This document shows, piece after piece, positions 9,245 through 18,211 of a DNA stretch of 64,000 nucleotides. The notes beneath the pieces are model-generated. The model did no database searches, had not been told where the DNA came from, and saw nothing but the letters and a program-made list of their open reading frames with translations. Position 1 is the stretch's first letter, and each line of letters begins with the position of its first letter. The translations under genes and the position numbers were made by a program. Source of the stretch: Dehalococcoidia bacterium (GTDB taxonomy: Bacteria; Chloroflexota; Dehalococcoidia; UBA2979); NCBI GenBank assembly GCA_965248675.1, contig CBDFJZ010000008.1, positions 873,213-937,212 on the forward strand, given 5' to 3'.

Positions 9245-10909
9245 CTAGACCGTCGAGGCGGCGGTTGCCGAACCCTCGAGGTAGGCGGCGTAGCCACCGA
9301 GGTATTCGGTGAGCGCGCCGTCCTTGAGTTCGACGACGCGCTCGGCCACGCGTTCGAGGAAGTAGCGGTCGTGGGAGATGGCGAGGATGGTGCCGGGGTA
9401 GTCCTCGAGGGCGTCTTCGAGGACCTCGGCGCTGGGGATGTCGAGGTTGTTGGTTGGCTCGTCGAGGAGGAGCAGGTTGCCCTCTGCGAGGGTCAGCCTG
9501 GCGAGCTGGAGGCGGCTCTTCTCGCCGCCGCTGAGCAGCGCGACACGGCGGCGGGCGCGGGGCTGATCGAAGAGGAAGGAGGCGAGGAAGGCGAAGGCGG
9601 CCTCCTCGCGCATGGGCTTGAGGCGGCGGATCTCGTCGACGGCGGTTGAGTCGTAATCGAGCGTCTCGTGCTGCTGGGAGAAGTAGCCGGCGTCGACGCT
9701 GGGGCCGAGCCTAGCGGCGCCCTCGGTGGGGGTCTCCTCGTTGAGGACGATGCGCAAGAGGACGGACTTGCCAGCGCCGTTGGGTCCGATCAGAGCGAGA
9801 CGGTCGCCGGCCCAGACAATGAGGTCGAGGCCGCCGAGGACGACGTGGTCGTCGAACTGCTTCCAGAGGCCCGAGAGTTCGAGGACCTTCTTGCTGCCTT
9901 GTTCGGCGGAGAGCCGGAGGCGCATGCGCTTCGGCTCCAGCTGCGGCGCCTCGACGCGCTCCACCCTGTCGAGGTGCTTCTGCATGCTCTGCCGGCGACG
10001 CACGAACTTCTGATTCGCGCCGTCGGCGCTGAACACCTTGAGCCTGGCGATCGATCGTTCGAGGCGGCCGATTTCACGCTGCTGAACGTTGAAGTCGTGC
10101 TGCTGGGCCTCGAGTTCCATGCGTTTCTGGTAGGCGAACTCGGAGTAGTTGCCGGGGAAAACGACGAGCTGTGGGCGCCCGGGGTGCTGGCCGGCCATCT
10201 CGAGCTCGGCGATGGAGTCGGCGACGATGTCGAGCAGGTAGCGGTCGTGGGAGACGATCACGACGGCGCCTCGGTGGTCGACGATCACGCGTTCGAGCAG
10301 GCGCTTGCCCTCGATATCGAGGTGGTTGTCGGGCTCGTCGAGCAGCAGGACGTCGGGCTCGGCGACGAGCACCCTGGCGAGGCCAAGCAGCTTTTGCTCG
10401 CCGCCGCTGAGAGCCTCGACGGGCGTCTCGAACTCGTGGGGTTCGAAGCCTAGTTTGCGGAGGGTGCCTTCGACGCGGCCTCGGAAGGAGTGGCCGCCGA
10501 GGCGGTCGAAGCGCTCGAGAGCGGCAGCGTGCTGTTCCATGGCGAGGTCGAAGGCGTCTGCATCGGCGATGACTTCGGGGGCGGCCATGCGCGCCTCGAG
10601 GCGGCGAAGGTTGGCGTCGGCGGTGCCGAGTTCCTTGTGGGCTGCGAGCACCTCGGAGATGACGGTGTCGGAGGTGAACTCGGGGGTCTGGGGGAGGTAG
10701 CCGACTTTGAGGTCGCGGCGTCGGTTGAGGGTGCCGTCGTCGATCTCGTACTCGCCGATGATCAGTTTGAAGAGGGTGGACTTGCCGGCGCCGTTGGGGC
10801 CGACGAGGCCGATCACCTCGCCGTCCTGGATCTCGAGCGAGACGGCATCGAGCACCACGTTGGCGGCGTGGTACTTGGTGACGCGGGAGAGGCCGATGGC
10901 GATGGGCAT
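9245..10909 (-). CDS. ABC-F family ATPase (two ABC domains, no membrane domain)
   Basis: True start is the ATG at 10909 (MPIAIGLSRVTKYHAANVVLDAVSLEIQDGEVIGLVGPNGAGKSTLFK...). There is a second Walker A (LALIGPNGAGKSVLL) and signature motifs LSGGE/LSGGEKSRL. The 86 codons upstream in the ORF track are read-through of the repeat element. Confidence 0.85.
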   Translation of the reverse strand: MPIAIGLSRVTKYHAANVVLDAVSLEIQDGEVIGLVGPNGAGKSTLFKLIIGEYEIDDGTLNRRRDLKVGYLPQTPEFTSDTVISEVLAAHKELGTADANLRRLEARMAAPEVIADADAFDLAMEQHAAALERFDRLGGHSFRGRVEGTLRKLGFEPHEFETPVEALSGGEQKLLGLARVLVAEPDVLLLDEPDNHLDIEGKRLLERVIVDHRGAVVIVSHDRYLLDIVADSIAELEMAGQHPGRPQLVVFPGNYSEFAYQKRMELEAQQHDFNVQQREIGRLERSIARLKVFSADGANQKFVRRRQSMQKHLDRVERVEAPQLEPKRMRLRLSAEQGSKKVLELSGLWKQFDDHVVLGGLDLIVWAGDRLALIGPNGAGKSVLLRIVLNEETPTEGAARLGPSVDAGYFSQQHETLDYDSTAVDEIRRLKPMREEAAFAFLASFLFDQPRARRRVALLSGGEKSRLQLARLTLAEGNLLLLDEPTNNLDIPSAEVLEDALEDYPGTILAISHDRYFLERVAERVVELKDGALTEYLGGYAAYLEGSATAASTV

Positions 10910-11040
10910 CGGGGGTCCTCGGGAGGTGCGCTTTGGGCGCCGCGCGGGCGCTTCGGGGGAGGGGACAGGGTAGGGCGGTGGGCCGCGCCGGGGCGAGAGT
11001 AGGGGCGCCTCCGGGGCGCCGGGGACCGAAGTTGTTGTGG

Positions 11041-11162
11041 CGAGGGGGGCGGCCGGCTGATTCGCGGCGAGCGAGCCTCGACTGACGCTTCGTTCGTCGG
11101 GGGCGCTCGCCCCCGACACCCCCGCCGGGGACTGGGCGTCCCCGGACCCCTCCCCAGCCGAG
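11041..11162. repeat. structured GC-rich intergenic repeat, copy 2
   Basis: cgaggggggcggccggctgattcgcggcgagcgagcctcgactgacgcttcgttcgtcgggggcgctcgcccccgacacccccgccggggactgggcgtccccggacccctccccagccgag. Same orientation as copy 1. Hairpins gtcgggggc/gcccccgac and ccggggac/gtccccgg. Confidence 0.7.
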
Positions 11163-11530
11163 TTCATCTCGTCATGGCGAAGTTCGGTCGCGGCGAGCGA
11201 TCTATGGAGTGGCGAACGGCATCTGAGACTGTATTAGGGTGTCTTGACGAGGGGGTTCCGGCACCGCCAGGCGAACGTCGGTTTCGGGCAGCGCGAGTCG
11301 GTCAAGGTATGACATCGCCTGACGCGGGGCATCGATCGGACGGATGCCATGGCCAGGACGCCCGACGTCGAAGACTGTCGGGCGGTGGACGCCTGGTTGC
11401 AGTTCGACCGGGGGACGGTATTGATCGAGGCCTGATGGCTGTGTGGGTGCTTGGTGACCCTCGGAGGTCCGTCTGTGGACGCGCTGGCGGGCCGGGATCA
11501 CTAGAGTAGGCGCGCGGCGGAGGTGCGGCG

Positions 11531-12583
11531 ATGCGGCGAGCGGTGACGACGGAGGATCCGGCGAAGTTCGAGATCAGCGAGTTTCCCGAGGAGCCACCCG
11601 GAGCGGGCGAGGTGCTGCTGCGAGTGCGCGGGTGTGGGATCTGCGGGTCTGACCTCCATGCGTATCGCGACCGGTCACGGTGGAGAGCCGGGCGGGTGCT
11701 TGGCCACGAGATCGCGGGTGAGGTGGCGGAGCTGGGCGCCGGGGTGAGCGGCCTGGCGGTTGGGGATCGGGTCGCGCTCGAGCCGCGAACGCACTGCGGG
11801 ACCTGCGCGGAATGTCGAGGGGGGCGGATCGAGCTGTGCCAGGTGCAAGGGCAGCTGTTCGGCCTCGGGCTGCCGGGCGGGTTCAGCGAGACGCTGACGG
11901 TGCCGGCAGAGAACCTGTTCAAGGTCGCGCCAGACCTCGATTTCGCCGTGGCGGCACTTGCCGAGCCGCTGGCGGTGGCGATCCACGGGCATCGCGTGGC
12001 GGCGCAGCTCGATGCGGCGCGGCCGACGCGGGGGGAGCGGATCGTGGTGCTCGGAGCGGGGCCGATCGGGCTGATGTCGGTGTTCTACGCGGCGCGGGCC
12101 GGCGGGACCGAGGTCGCGGTGACAGCGCGCTACCAGCAGCAGGCCGAGGCGGCGCGGATGCTGGGGGCGACGCACGTATTCGATGCGGACGACGACGGGC
12201 CGGACGAGCTGCGGGCGTGGGCCGAGGAACACCCGGTGGACCTCGTGATGGAGACGGTGGGCGGTGCCGCCGATACGCCGACGCTCGCCGGGCAGGTGGC
12301 GCGTCGCGGCGGGCGGGTGCTGATCCTCGGAGGGTTCAACGCGGACGTGCCGATGCCGGCGCAGTTGATCATGTCGCGGCAGCTGCGCGTCGCGGGGACG
12401 ATCTTCTACGGCTACATCGGGATGCAGCACGACTACGAGATCGCGACGGACCTGCTCGGGGAGCATCGGGAACTCCTCGGGAAGTTGATCACGCATCGGG
12501 TGTCGCTGGACGACGCGGCGAAGGGGATTGGGTTCGCCGGGAACAAGAGCAGCGGAGCGTTGAAGGTGACGATCGAGCCGTAG
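11531..12583 (+). CDS. Zn-dependent alcohol dehydrogenase, MDR family (threonine/sorbitol dehydrogenase-like)
   Basis: GCGICGSDLHAY, GHEIAGEV and the structural-Zn motif CGTCAECRGG. Rossmann VVLGAGPIGL. Confidence 0.85.
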   Translation: MRRAVTTEDPAKFEISEFPEEPPGAGEVLLRVRGCGICGSDLHAYRDRSRWRAGRVLGHEIAGEVAELGAGVSGLAVGDRVALEPRTHCGTCAECRGGRIELCQVQGQLFGLGLPGGFSETLTVPAENLFKVAPDLDFAVAALAEPLAVAIHGHRVAAQLDAARPTRGERIVVLGAGPIGLMSVFYAARAGGTEVAVTARYQQQAEAARMLGATHVFDADDDGPDELRAWAEEHPVDLVMETVGGAADTPTLAGQVARRGGRVLILGGFNADVPMPAQLIMSRQLRVAGTIFYGYIGMQHDYEIATDLLGEHRELLGKLITHRVSLDDAAKGIGFAGNKSSGALKVTIEP

Positions 12584-12674
12584 GCGCGGCTCGACGAGGG
12601 ACACGATCGAGTGGTCGGGCGGTGGGCGAATGCGGCGACCGCGCGCGCAAGCCCTGAAGGGGCTCCAGATCGGC

Positions 12675-12700
12675 CGTGGCCACCTCGATGGGTGGCCACG
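12675..12700. other. inverted repeat CGTGGCCAC-N8-GTGGCCACG
   Basis: Seen directly. Lies ~90 bp downstream of the ADH stop, in the 450-bp gap before the aldo/keto reductase. No T-tract. Confidence 0.3.
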
Positions 12701-13036
12701 TCGCGTCAATTAGGGGCGAGAGCTATCCGGCGAAGTCCTGCGAGAGCGGGACCAACAGACCGCCAAGACGCTCCACTCGCTCAACGCGAGGCTTGACGTA
12801 CTTCATCCCACCTCCAGAGTGCTGCGGCGTCCTTGCACGCGATTCGACGGGCGCAGCTTAGCAGACCCCTGGCGGGTCGAGGCGTGGACGGCGCTCGACG
12901 CGCGCGCGGGCCGTTGCCTCGGGAGCGGACTGATGGCTCCGGGACAACCTCCGAGCGGTGCACCGGCACGGATCGCCGAGGAATCGAGCGCGGCCGCTAT
13001 GATGCGGCGACCACGAAACGGCGGGAGGGCACAGCG

Positions 13037-14026
13037 ATGGAACAGCGGCAGATCGGCGACACGGATCTGATGGTCTCGGCGGTGGGGTTCGGGACGTGGG
13101 AGATGAGCACCACCTCGTACGGCGCGATCGACGTCGACGAGGCGGCGCTGGCGGTGAACCAGGCGATCGACGCCGGGATCACGCTGTTCGACACGGCCGA
13201 GGTGTACGGGCCGAACCACTCCGAGGAGTTGCTGGCGAAGGCGCTCGGCGACCGTCGCAAGGACATCACGCTCGTGACGAAGGTGGGGTTCGATTACGAC
13301 GACGAGATGAAGAATATCGGCCGCAACTCGAAGTACGATCACATCATTGCGCACACCGAGGGCTGCCTTCAGCGTCTCCAGACCGACGTGATCGATCTGA
13401 TGCTGATCCACTGGCCGGATCACGACACGCCGTTCGAGGAAACGATGCGTGGCCTCGAACAGCTGAAGGCGGACGGGAAGATCCGGCACTACGGCGTCTC
13501 GAACTTCACCGTCGAGATGATGAAGGAGTGCGAGCAGACGGGGCATCTGGCGGCGAACCAGGTGGGCTACCACATGTTCGACCGGCGGATGGAGAGCGCA
13601 GTGCTGCCCTACTGCCTCGAGTCGAACACCGGGTACATGGCGTACGGGAGCCTGGGGTTCGGGCTGCTGTCTGGGGCGTTCACACCGGAAACGACGTTCG
13701 TGGACTGGGACTGGCGGAGCAGCGGGAAAGCGTTCGGTCTGCCGCTGTTCACCGGCGATCACTTCGCCAAGGAGATCAAGGTCGCCGAACGGCTGAAGGC
13801 GGTGGCGGCCGCGCACGACAAGTCGTTGCCGCAGCTCGCGATCGCGTGGGTGCTCGGCAACCAGGCTGTCTCGGTCGCGCTCGTCGGGATGCGGAATGAG
13901 CACGAGCTGCAAGAGAACGTGGCGGCCGCCGATTGGCGGCTGACTGACGAGATTCGCGCGGAGATCGACCAGATCTTTGAGGAGGAAGGCGTGCCGACGT
14001 ACTTCGGGGCGGAACAGGCGGTGTGA
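13037..14026 (+). CDS. aldo/keto reductase
   Basis: ATG at 13037 preceded by GGGAGGG. MEQRQIGDTDLMVSAVGFGTWEM... AIDAGITLFDTAEVYG... IDLMLIHWPD. The upstream part of the track ORF (from 12833) is non-coding extension. Confidence 0.85.
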   Translation: MEQRQIGDTDLMVSAVGFGTWEMSTTSYGAIDVDEAALAVNQAIDAGITLFDTAEVYGPNHSEELLAKALGDRRKDITLVTKVGFDYDDEMKNIGRNSKYDHIIAHTEGCLQRLQTDVIDLMLIHWPDHDTPFEETMRGLEQLKADGKIRHYGVSNFTVEMMKECEQTGHLAANQVGYHMFDRRMESAVLPYCLESNTGYMAYGSLGFGLLSGAFTPETTFVDWDWRSSGKAFGLPLFTGDHFAKEIKVAERLKAVAAAHDKSLPQLAIAWVLGNQAVSVALVGMRNEHELQENVAAADWRLTDEIRAEIDQIFEEEGVPTYFGAEQAV

Positions 14027-14040
14027 TCGGGAGGTCAAGC

Positions 14041-15237
14041 TCAGCCTTGCGAAGCATCGTCCGTCTTGAAAGCCGGCGGCGAAGCCGACGCCTCTCGCCA
14101 AGGCAGCATCGAGGAGGCGTCCCGGCCTGCCTCAGCGAGACGGGCCTCGGCCCACTCGAGAGCGTCAGTCACTGCTGCGGCCAGCATGTCCGGTTCGTAC
14201 TCGAAGAGGCGCATCGTCGTAGTCGTCGCGAAGTCGGTGGCGCTCATATAGGTGCTTGGCGGCGCTCCTTGAGGCCACATTACGACACGAACGGGATGAA
14301 ATGGCTCCGCAAGAGCCATCTCGACCAGGTGACCCGACACGATCGAGTCCTCGAAGATCAGGAATCGAGCGACGGACGCTACGGCAACGAACTTCTGCTT
14401 CAGGTCGTAACTCTCGTGCTCTGGCAGCTCGTCGAGTGTTACAGGATCGTATCCGGCCTCTCGCACCCCGTCTTTGATCCTTGTAAGGTCGGCGCGGCCC
14501 TTACCGAAACTTCCAAGAATGAGGACTGTCTTTGTCTTGAACTGGTCCAAGTATTCCTCAAGCGTGACGTCGCGCTTCGAAGCCCGGTCAACGTCGACCA
14601 GCGCTTGATATATCTCCCGCGTGGCGTCTCGGGTCGCTCGAACTTCGGTGAGATCCGACACGTCGGTCCGCGCGAAGACACGTGCGTAGTGGATGATGCT
14701 CGTCCGCAGCCCATCCTTGCTCCAGGGGCACTCCACGAAGGAGATGTCGCCACCCTCGCCGTCGACGTGGAAGATCGTTGGATAGTCCTCAAACGTGATC
14801 CCGATGACCCGGACGTTAGCCGCGTCGCCGATCTTGAAAGGCGCGGCTCCCTCGACGGGGGCTCCCTTCGGGTTGGCGGTGATGATCGTTCCACGTTTCT
14901 CGGTCGTCAGGGACAGTGGGTAGTTGGGACGTGCGACACTCGAGAACCATTCGTCAATCGGGAGCGCGCTTGCACGAACTCTGAGTGGATACCGCTGATG
15001 CGGGTTCGCCTCCCACGCCCACCCATCTGAGCCGACGTGAATCGCGAGCGGCCATTTCAGGTAGGGATACTTATCCAGGCGCGCGCGCATGCCCTCTTCG
15101 ATCTCGTTGTCCGCTTCCTCGAGGTACGCCCGTCGATAAGCGGCCACGTACTGTCCGACACGTTCTTCATCGCCCGGGATAGCCAGCACGAGGTCGTGTC
15201 GCCTCGTCCAGTTCGCGCTCTGAGCTACTAACCGCAA
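14041..15237 (-). CDS. hypothetical protein, low-GC orphan; C-terminal region resembles nucleoside 2-deoxyribosyltransferase/LOG-like Rossmann fold
   Basis: 398-aa ORF in a stretch that is visibly less GC-rich than its neighbours. I could not place the N-terminal ~230 aa in a family. The C-terminus has KTVLILGSFGKG ... ARFLIFEDSIVSGHLVEMALAE, a pattern (hhhhGxF ... D/E ... SG-x-x-E) reminiscent of NDT/LOG/SLOG-type folds. This is from memory only. Confidence 0.5.
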   Translation of the reverse strand: MRLVAQSANWTRRHDLVLAIPGDEERVGQYVAAYRRAYLEEADNEIEEGMRARLDKYPYLKWPLAIHVGSDGWAWEANPHQRYPLRVRASALPIDEWFSSVARPNYPLSLTTEKRGTIITANPKGAPVEGAAPFKIGDAANVRVIGITFEDYPTIFHVDGEGGDISFVECPWSKDGLRTSIIHYARVFARTDVSDLTEVRATRDATREIYQALVDVDRASKRDVTLEEYLDQFKTKTVLILGSFGKGRADLTRIKDGVREAGYDPVTLDELPEHESYDLKQKFVAVASVARFLIFEDSIVSGHLVEMALAEPFHPVRVVMWPQGAPPSTYMSATDFATTTTMRLFEYEPDMLAAAVTDALEWAEARLAEAGRDASSMLPWREASASPPAFKTDDASQG

Positions 15238-15338
15238 GTCTAACGGCGGAGGCGCGGGTCAGCACGGGATCTGCCGTGGGTGAAGGTGGGTCCCGAGGTG
15301 TAGCATCGGGCTCCTCGGACAGGCGGAGGGCAGCTTCC

Positions 15339-16727
15339 ATGACGGACACGATCGAGCGGGCGGCGCCGCCGACCAGCGACTACGTCGAGCGCGGGTTGGA
15401 GCACCTGTGGCTGCACACCGCGCAGTACAACGACCTGACGCAGGACGACGGGTTCGTCGTGATCGACCGCGGCGAGGGCATCTACCTCGATAAGATGGGC
15501 GGCAAGCGCTACATCGACGCAATGTCGGGGCTGTGGGTGGTGGCGGCCGGGCATGGGCGTCAGGAAATAGCGGACGTGGCCGCCCAGCAGATGGCGACGC
15601 TGTCGTTCGCGAGCCCGTTCGCGTACGCGACGCCGCCGGCGGTGGACCTGGCCTCGAAGTTGGCGGAGCTGACGCCGTCGACGATCAACCGGTTCTACTT
15701 CGTGAACTCGGGTTCCGAGGCGGTCGAAACTGCGGTGCGGATGGCGAAGCAGTACCACTACAACCGCGGCGACACGAAGCGCTACAAGGTGATTTCGAGG
15801 ATCGGCTCGTACCACGGGACCACGCTCGGAGCGATGGCGCTGAACGGGTCGCCGATGATCAACCGGGCGCCGTTCGAGCCGCTGATGCCCGGCGTGGTTC
15901 TGGTGCCGAACACCGACGGTTTCGGCGCGCTCAAGAACGAGGAGACCGGCCTCGATGACATGTTCTGGGCGCGCTACATCGAGGAGCGGATCAAGTTCGA
16001 GAAGCCGGAGACGGTGGCGGCGCTGATCGCGGAACCGATCTCGACCTCGAACGGCAGCCGGATGCCCTCGCAGGAGTACTGGCAGCATCTGCGGAAGGTG
16101 ACCGAGGAACACGGCATCCTGCTGATTCACGACGAGGTGATCAACGGCTTCGGGCGGACCGGGAAGTGGTTCGGGTCCGAGCACTTCGGGATCGAGCCGG
16201 ATTTGCTGACGATGGCGAAGCAGATCTCGTCCGGCTATACGCCGATCGCGGCCGTCGGGGCCTCGGACCGGGTCGCCGAGGCGTTCGTCGGTGGGAAGAA
16301 GGAAGCGTTCATCGGCGGGTCGACGTGGGGCGCGCATCCGGTGAGCTGCGCGGTCGCGCTCGCGAACGTCGAGATCCTCGAGCGGGAGCGGTTGCCGCAG
16401 AACAGCGCCGTGACGGGCGAGTACCTCGGTGAGCAGCTCGAGGCGCTGAAGTCGAAGCACGCGATCGTCGCCGAGACGCGGGGGATCGCGCTGATGCGGT
16501 CGGTGGATCTGAAGCGCAACCCGGAGACAGGCGAGGAGTTCGCGGACGAGGACGAGGTTGGGAAGCGGATGCCGCGGCTACTGGTCGAAGCGGGCATCCT
16601 TGCGCGCGCGGGCGCCTCGATCCAGGTGGCGCCACCGCTGGTGATCAACCGCGAGGAGGTTGATTCGCTCGTCGACGGCCTCAGCCAGGCGATCGGCGGG
16701 CTCGAGGCCGAGCTGGGCATCTCCTGA
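15339..16727 (+). CDS. class III (omega) aminotransferase, PLP-dependent
   Basis: ATG at 15339 after GGAGGG. MTDTIERAAPP... FVNSGSEAVETAVRMAKQYH, LLIHDEVINGFGRTGKWFG and the AT-III lysine region MAKQISSGYTPIAAV. Confidence 0.85.
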   Translation: MTDTIERAAPPTSDYVERGLEHLWLHTAQYNDLTQDDGFVVIDRGEGIYLDKMGGKRYIDAMSGLWVVAAGHGRQEIADVAAQQMATLSFASPFAYATPPAVDLASKLAELTPSTINRFYFVNSGSEAVETAVRMAKQYHYNRGDTKRYKVISRIGSYHGTTLGAMALNGSPMINRAPFEPLMPGVVLVPNTDGFGALKNEETGLDDMFWARYIEERIKFEKPETVAALIAEPISTSNGSRMPSQEYWQHLRKVTEEHGILLIHDEVINGFGRTGKWFGSEHFGIEPDLLTMAKQISSGYTPIAAVGASDRVAEAFVGGKKEAFIGGSTWGAHPVSCAVALANVEILERERLPQNSAVTGEYLGEQLEALKSKHAIVAETRGIALMRSVDLKRNPETGEEFADEDEVGKRMPRLLVEAGILARAGASIQVAPPLVINREEVDSLVDGLSQAIGGLEAELGIS

Positions 16728-17009
16728 GCGCGCGCCGCTCCGCAGATCGGACCAACGGGGACTGTGCCGCTGTCACTCAACGGGTGGTCTTCCGGAGCGG
16801 AGCATGACAATGACGGCGGACGAACGAATGACGTCCTCGGACGCAGGCTCGCCTTCGGCGGTGTCTGCGCAGTAGAAGCGTGCCCGCCGACCCACCCCAT
16901 ATACCTGCGGGGGCTCGTTCTCTCGTGATCGCCCGACGGGCTAGGGCTCCCGCACCCCCGCTCACGGATCGCTTCGCGCCCCGCGTCGTGCAGAGATTGG
17001 ACCACACAG

Positions 17010-18173
17010 ATGGACTCGGATACCCCCTCGCTAGCCTTGCAGGGTGGACTCGTGTGGGACGGGGTTGCCGACGCGGCCTCGAAGGAGAGCGTCTTCACCT
17101 CGGGGGGGAAGATCGCGGCGTCTGGCGCGGCGGACGCGACCGTCCTCGATGTCAGCGGGTGCACGGTGGTGCCGGGGCTGATCGAGGCGCACACGCATCT
17201 CTGCCTCAACGCCGACGCGGACTGGCGCGAGGTCTACGACTCGGATACGCCGAGCAAGATGCTGCTGCGGATGGCGGGACATGCGCGCCGCATGCTGGAG
17301 GCGGGGATCACAACGGTGCGTGACCTGGGGGCGCCGACCGAGCTGGCGGTCGAGTTGCGGGACTCGATTCGCGCAGGCCTCGTAGCCGGGCCCGACCTCC
17401 TGGTGTCGGGCGCGCCGATCACGCCGACCGGCGGGCACTGCTGGTTCATGGGCGGCGAAGCGGACGGGATTGAGGGGGTGAAGGTTGCGGTCCGTGAGCG
17501 CAAGAAGGCGGGCGCGGACTGGATCAAGGTGATGGCCTCTGGCGGAAACATGACGCCGGGGACGAACATATTCGCGGCACAGTTCTCCGTTGAGGAGCTG
17601 CGAGCGATCGTGGCAGAAGCACACCGCCTTGAGATGAAGGTCGCGGCGCACGCGCACGGCGTCGAGGGGATCACGGTCGCCGTCGAGGCGCCCGTGGACA
17701 TGATCGAGCACTGCTCGTTCCAGACGCCCGAGGGGGCGGTGAAGGACGACGCGGTGGTCCTCGATATCGCTCGGCAAGGGATCAGGGCCTCGCCGACGAT
17801 TGGGCCGCGGTTCACGATCTTCAGCGATGAGCCGCGGTGGGCGATGCGCGCGGAGCTGACGAAGGCGCTGCTCGGCGCGGGTTGCCAGGTGCTGATGAGC
17901 ACCGACTCCGGCATTCCGAGCGCGCCGCACGAGGACCTCGCGCAGGCGCTTGCGGTGGTTGGAGAACTGACCGGGTTGAGCGCGGTCGAGACGATGAAGC
18001 TGGCGACAAGCACCTCGGCGGGGCTCCTCGATCTGCCCGATCGCGGCACGATCGCGCCGGGACAGCGGGCGAATCTGCTGGTCGTCGAGGGCGATCCGAC
18101 GGTGGACATCGAGGCGTTGCAGCGGGTGCGCGCCGTCGTTTCAGGCGGCGCGCTGCTGTACGAGGCGCGCTGA
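17010..18173 (+). CDS. amidohydrolase-family metal-dependent hydrolase
   Basis: GLIEAHTHL near the N-terminus, AAHAHG, and DHCSF-type metal-ligand pattern. Amidohydrolase_1-like. Confidence 0.8.
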   Translation: MDSDTPSLALQGGLVWDGVADAASKESVFTSGGKIAASGAADATVLDVSGCTVVPGLIEAHTHLCLNADADWREVYDSDTPSKMLLRMAGHARRMLEAGITTVRDLGAPTELAVELRDSIRAGLVAGPDLLVSGAPITPTGGHCWFMGGEADGIEGVKVAVRERKKAGADWIKVMASGGNMTPGTNIFAAQFSVEELRAIVAEAHRLEMKVAAHAHGVEGITVAVEAPVDMIEHCSFQTPEGAVKDDAVVLDIARQGIRASPTIGPRFTIFSDEPRWAMRAELTKALLGAGCQVLMSTDSGIPSAPHEDLAQALAVVGELTGLSAVETMKLATSTSAGLLDLPDRGTIAPGQRANLLVVEGDPTVDIEALQRVRAVVSGGALLYEAR

Positions 18174-18211
18174 GCTCGGAACCCGTGCCTGCGCAGGACC
18201 GTTCGTCTGGT

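Noticed and set aside
10910-11167. N-terminal 86 codons of the ABC-F track ORF, and the 8699..9139 minus ORF sharing the EGSGDxQSPAG peptide
   Set aside because: Both are read-through of the two copies of the structured repeat. The ABC-F has a proper ATG with RBS at 10909.
12803-14101. 432-aa minus-strand ORF opposite the aldo/keto reductase
   Set aside because: Antisense to a clear AKR. Arg-rich and without any domain signature.
16235-17209. 324-aa minus-strand ORF overlapping the aminotransferase 3' end and the amidohydrolase 5' end
   Set aside because: Ser/Pro/Ala-rich low-complexity. It overlaps two well-supported genes on the other strand.
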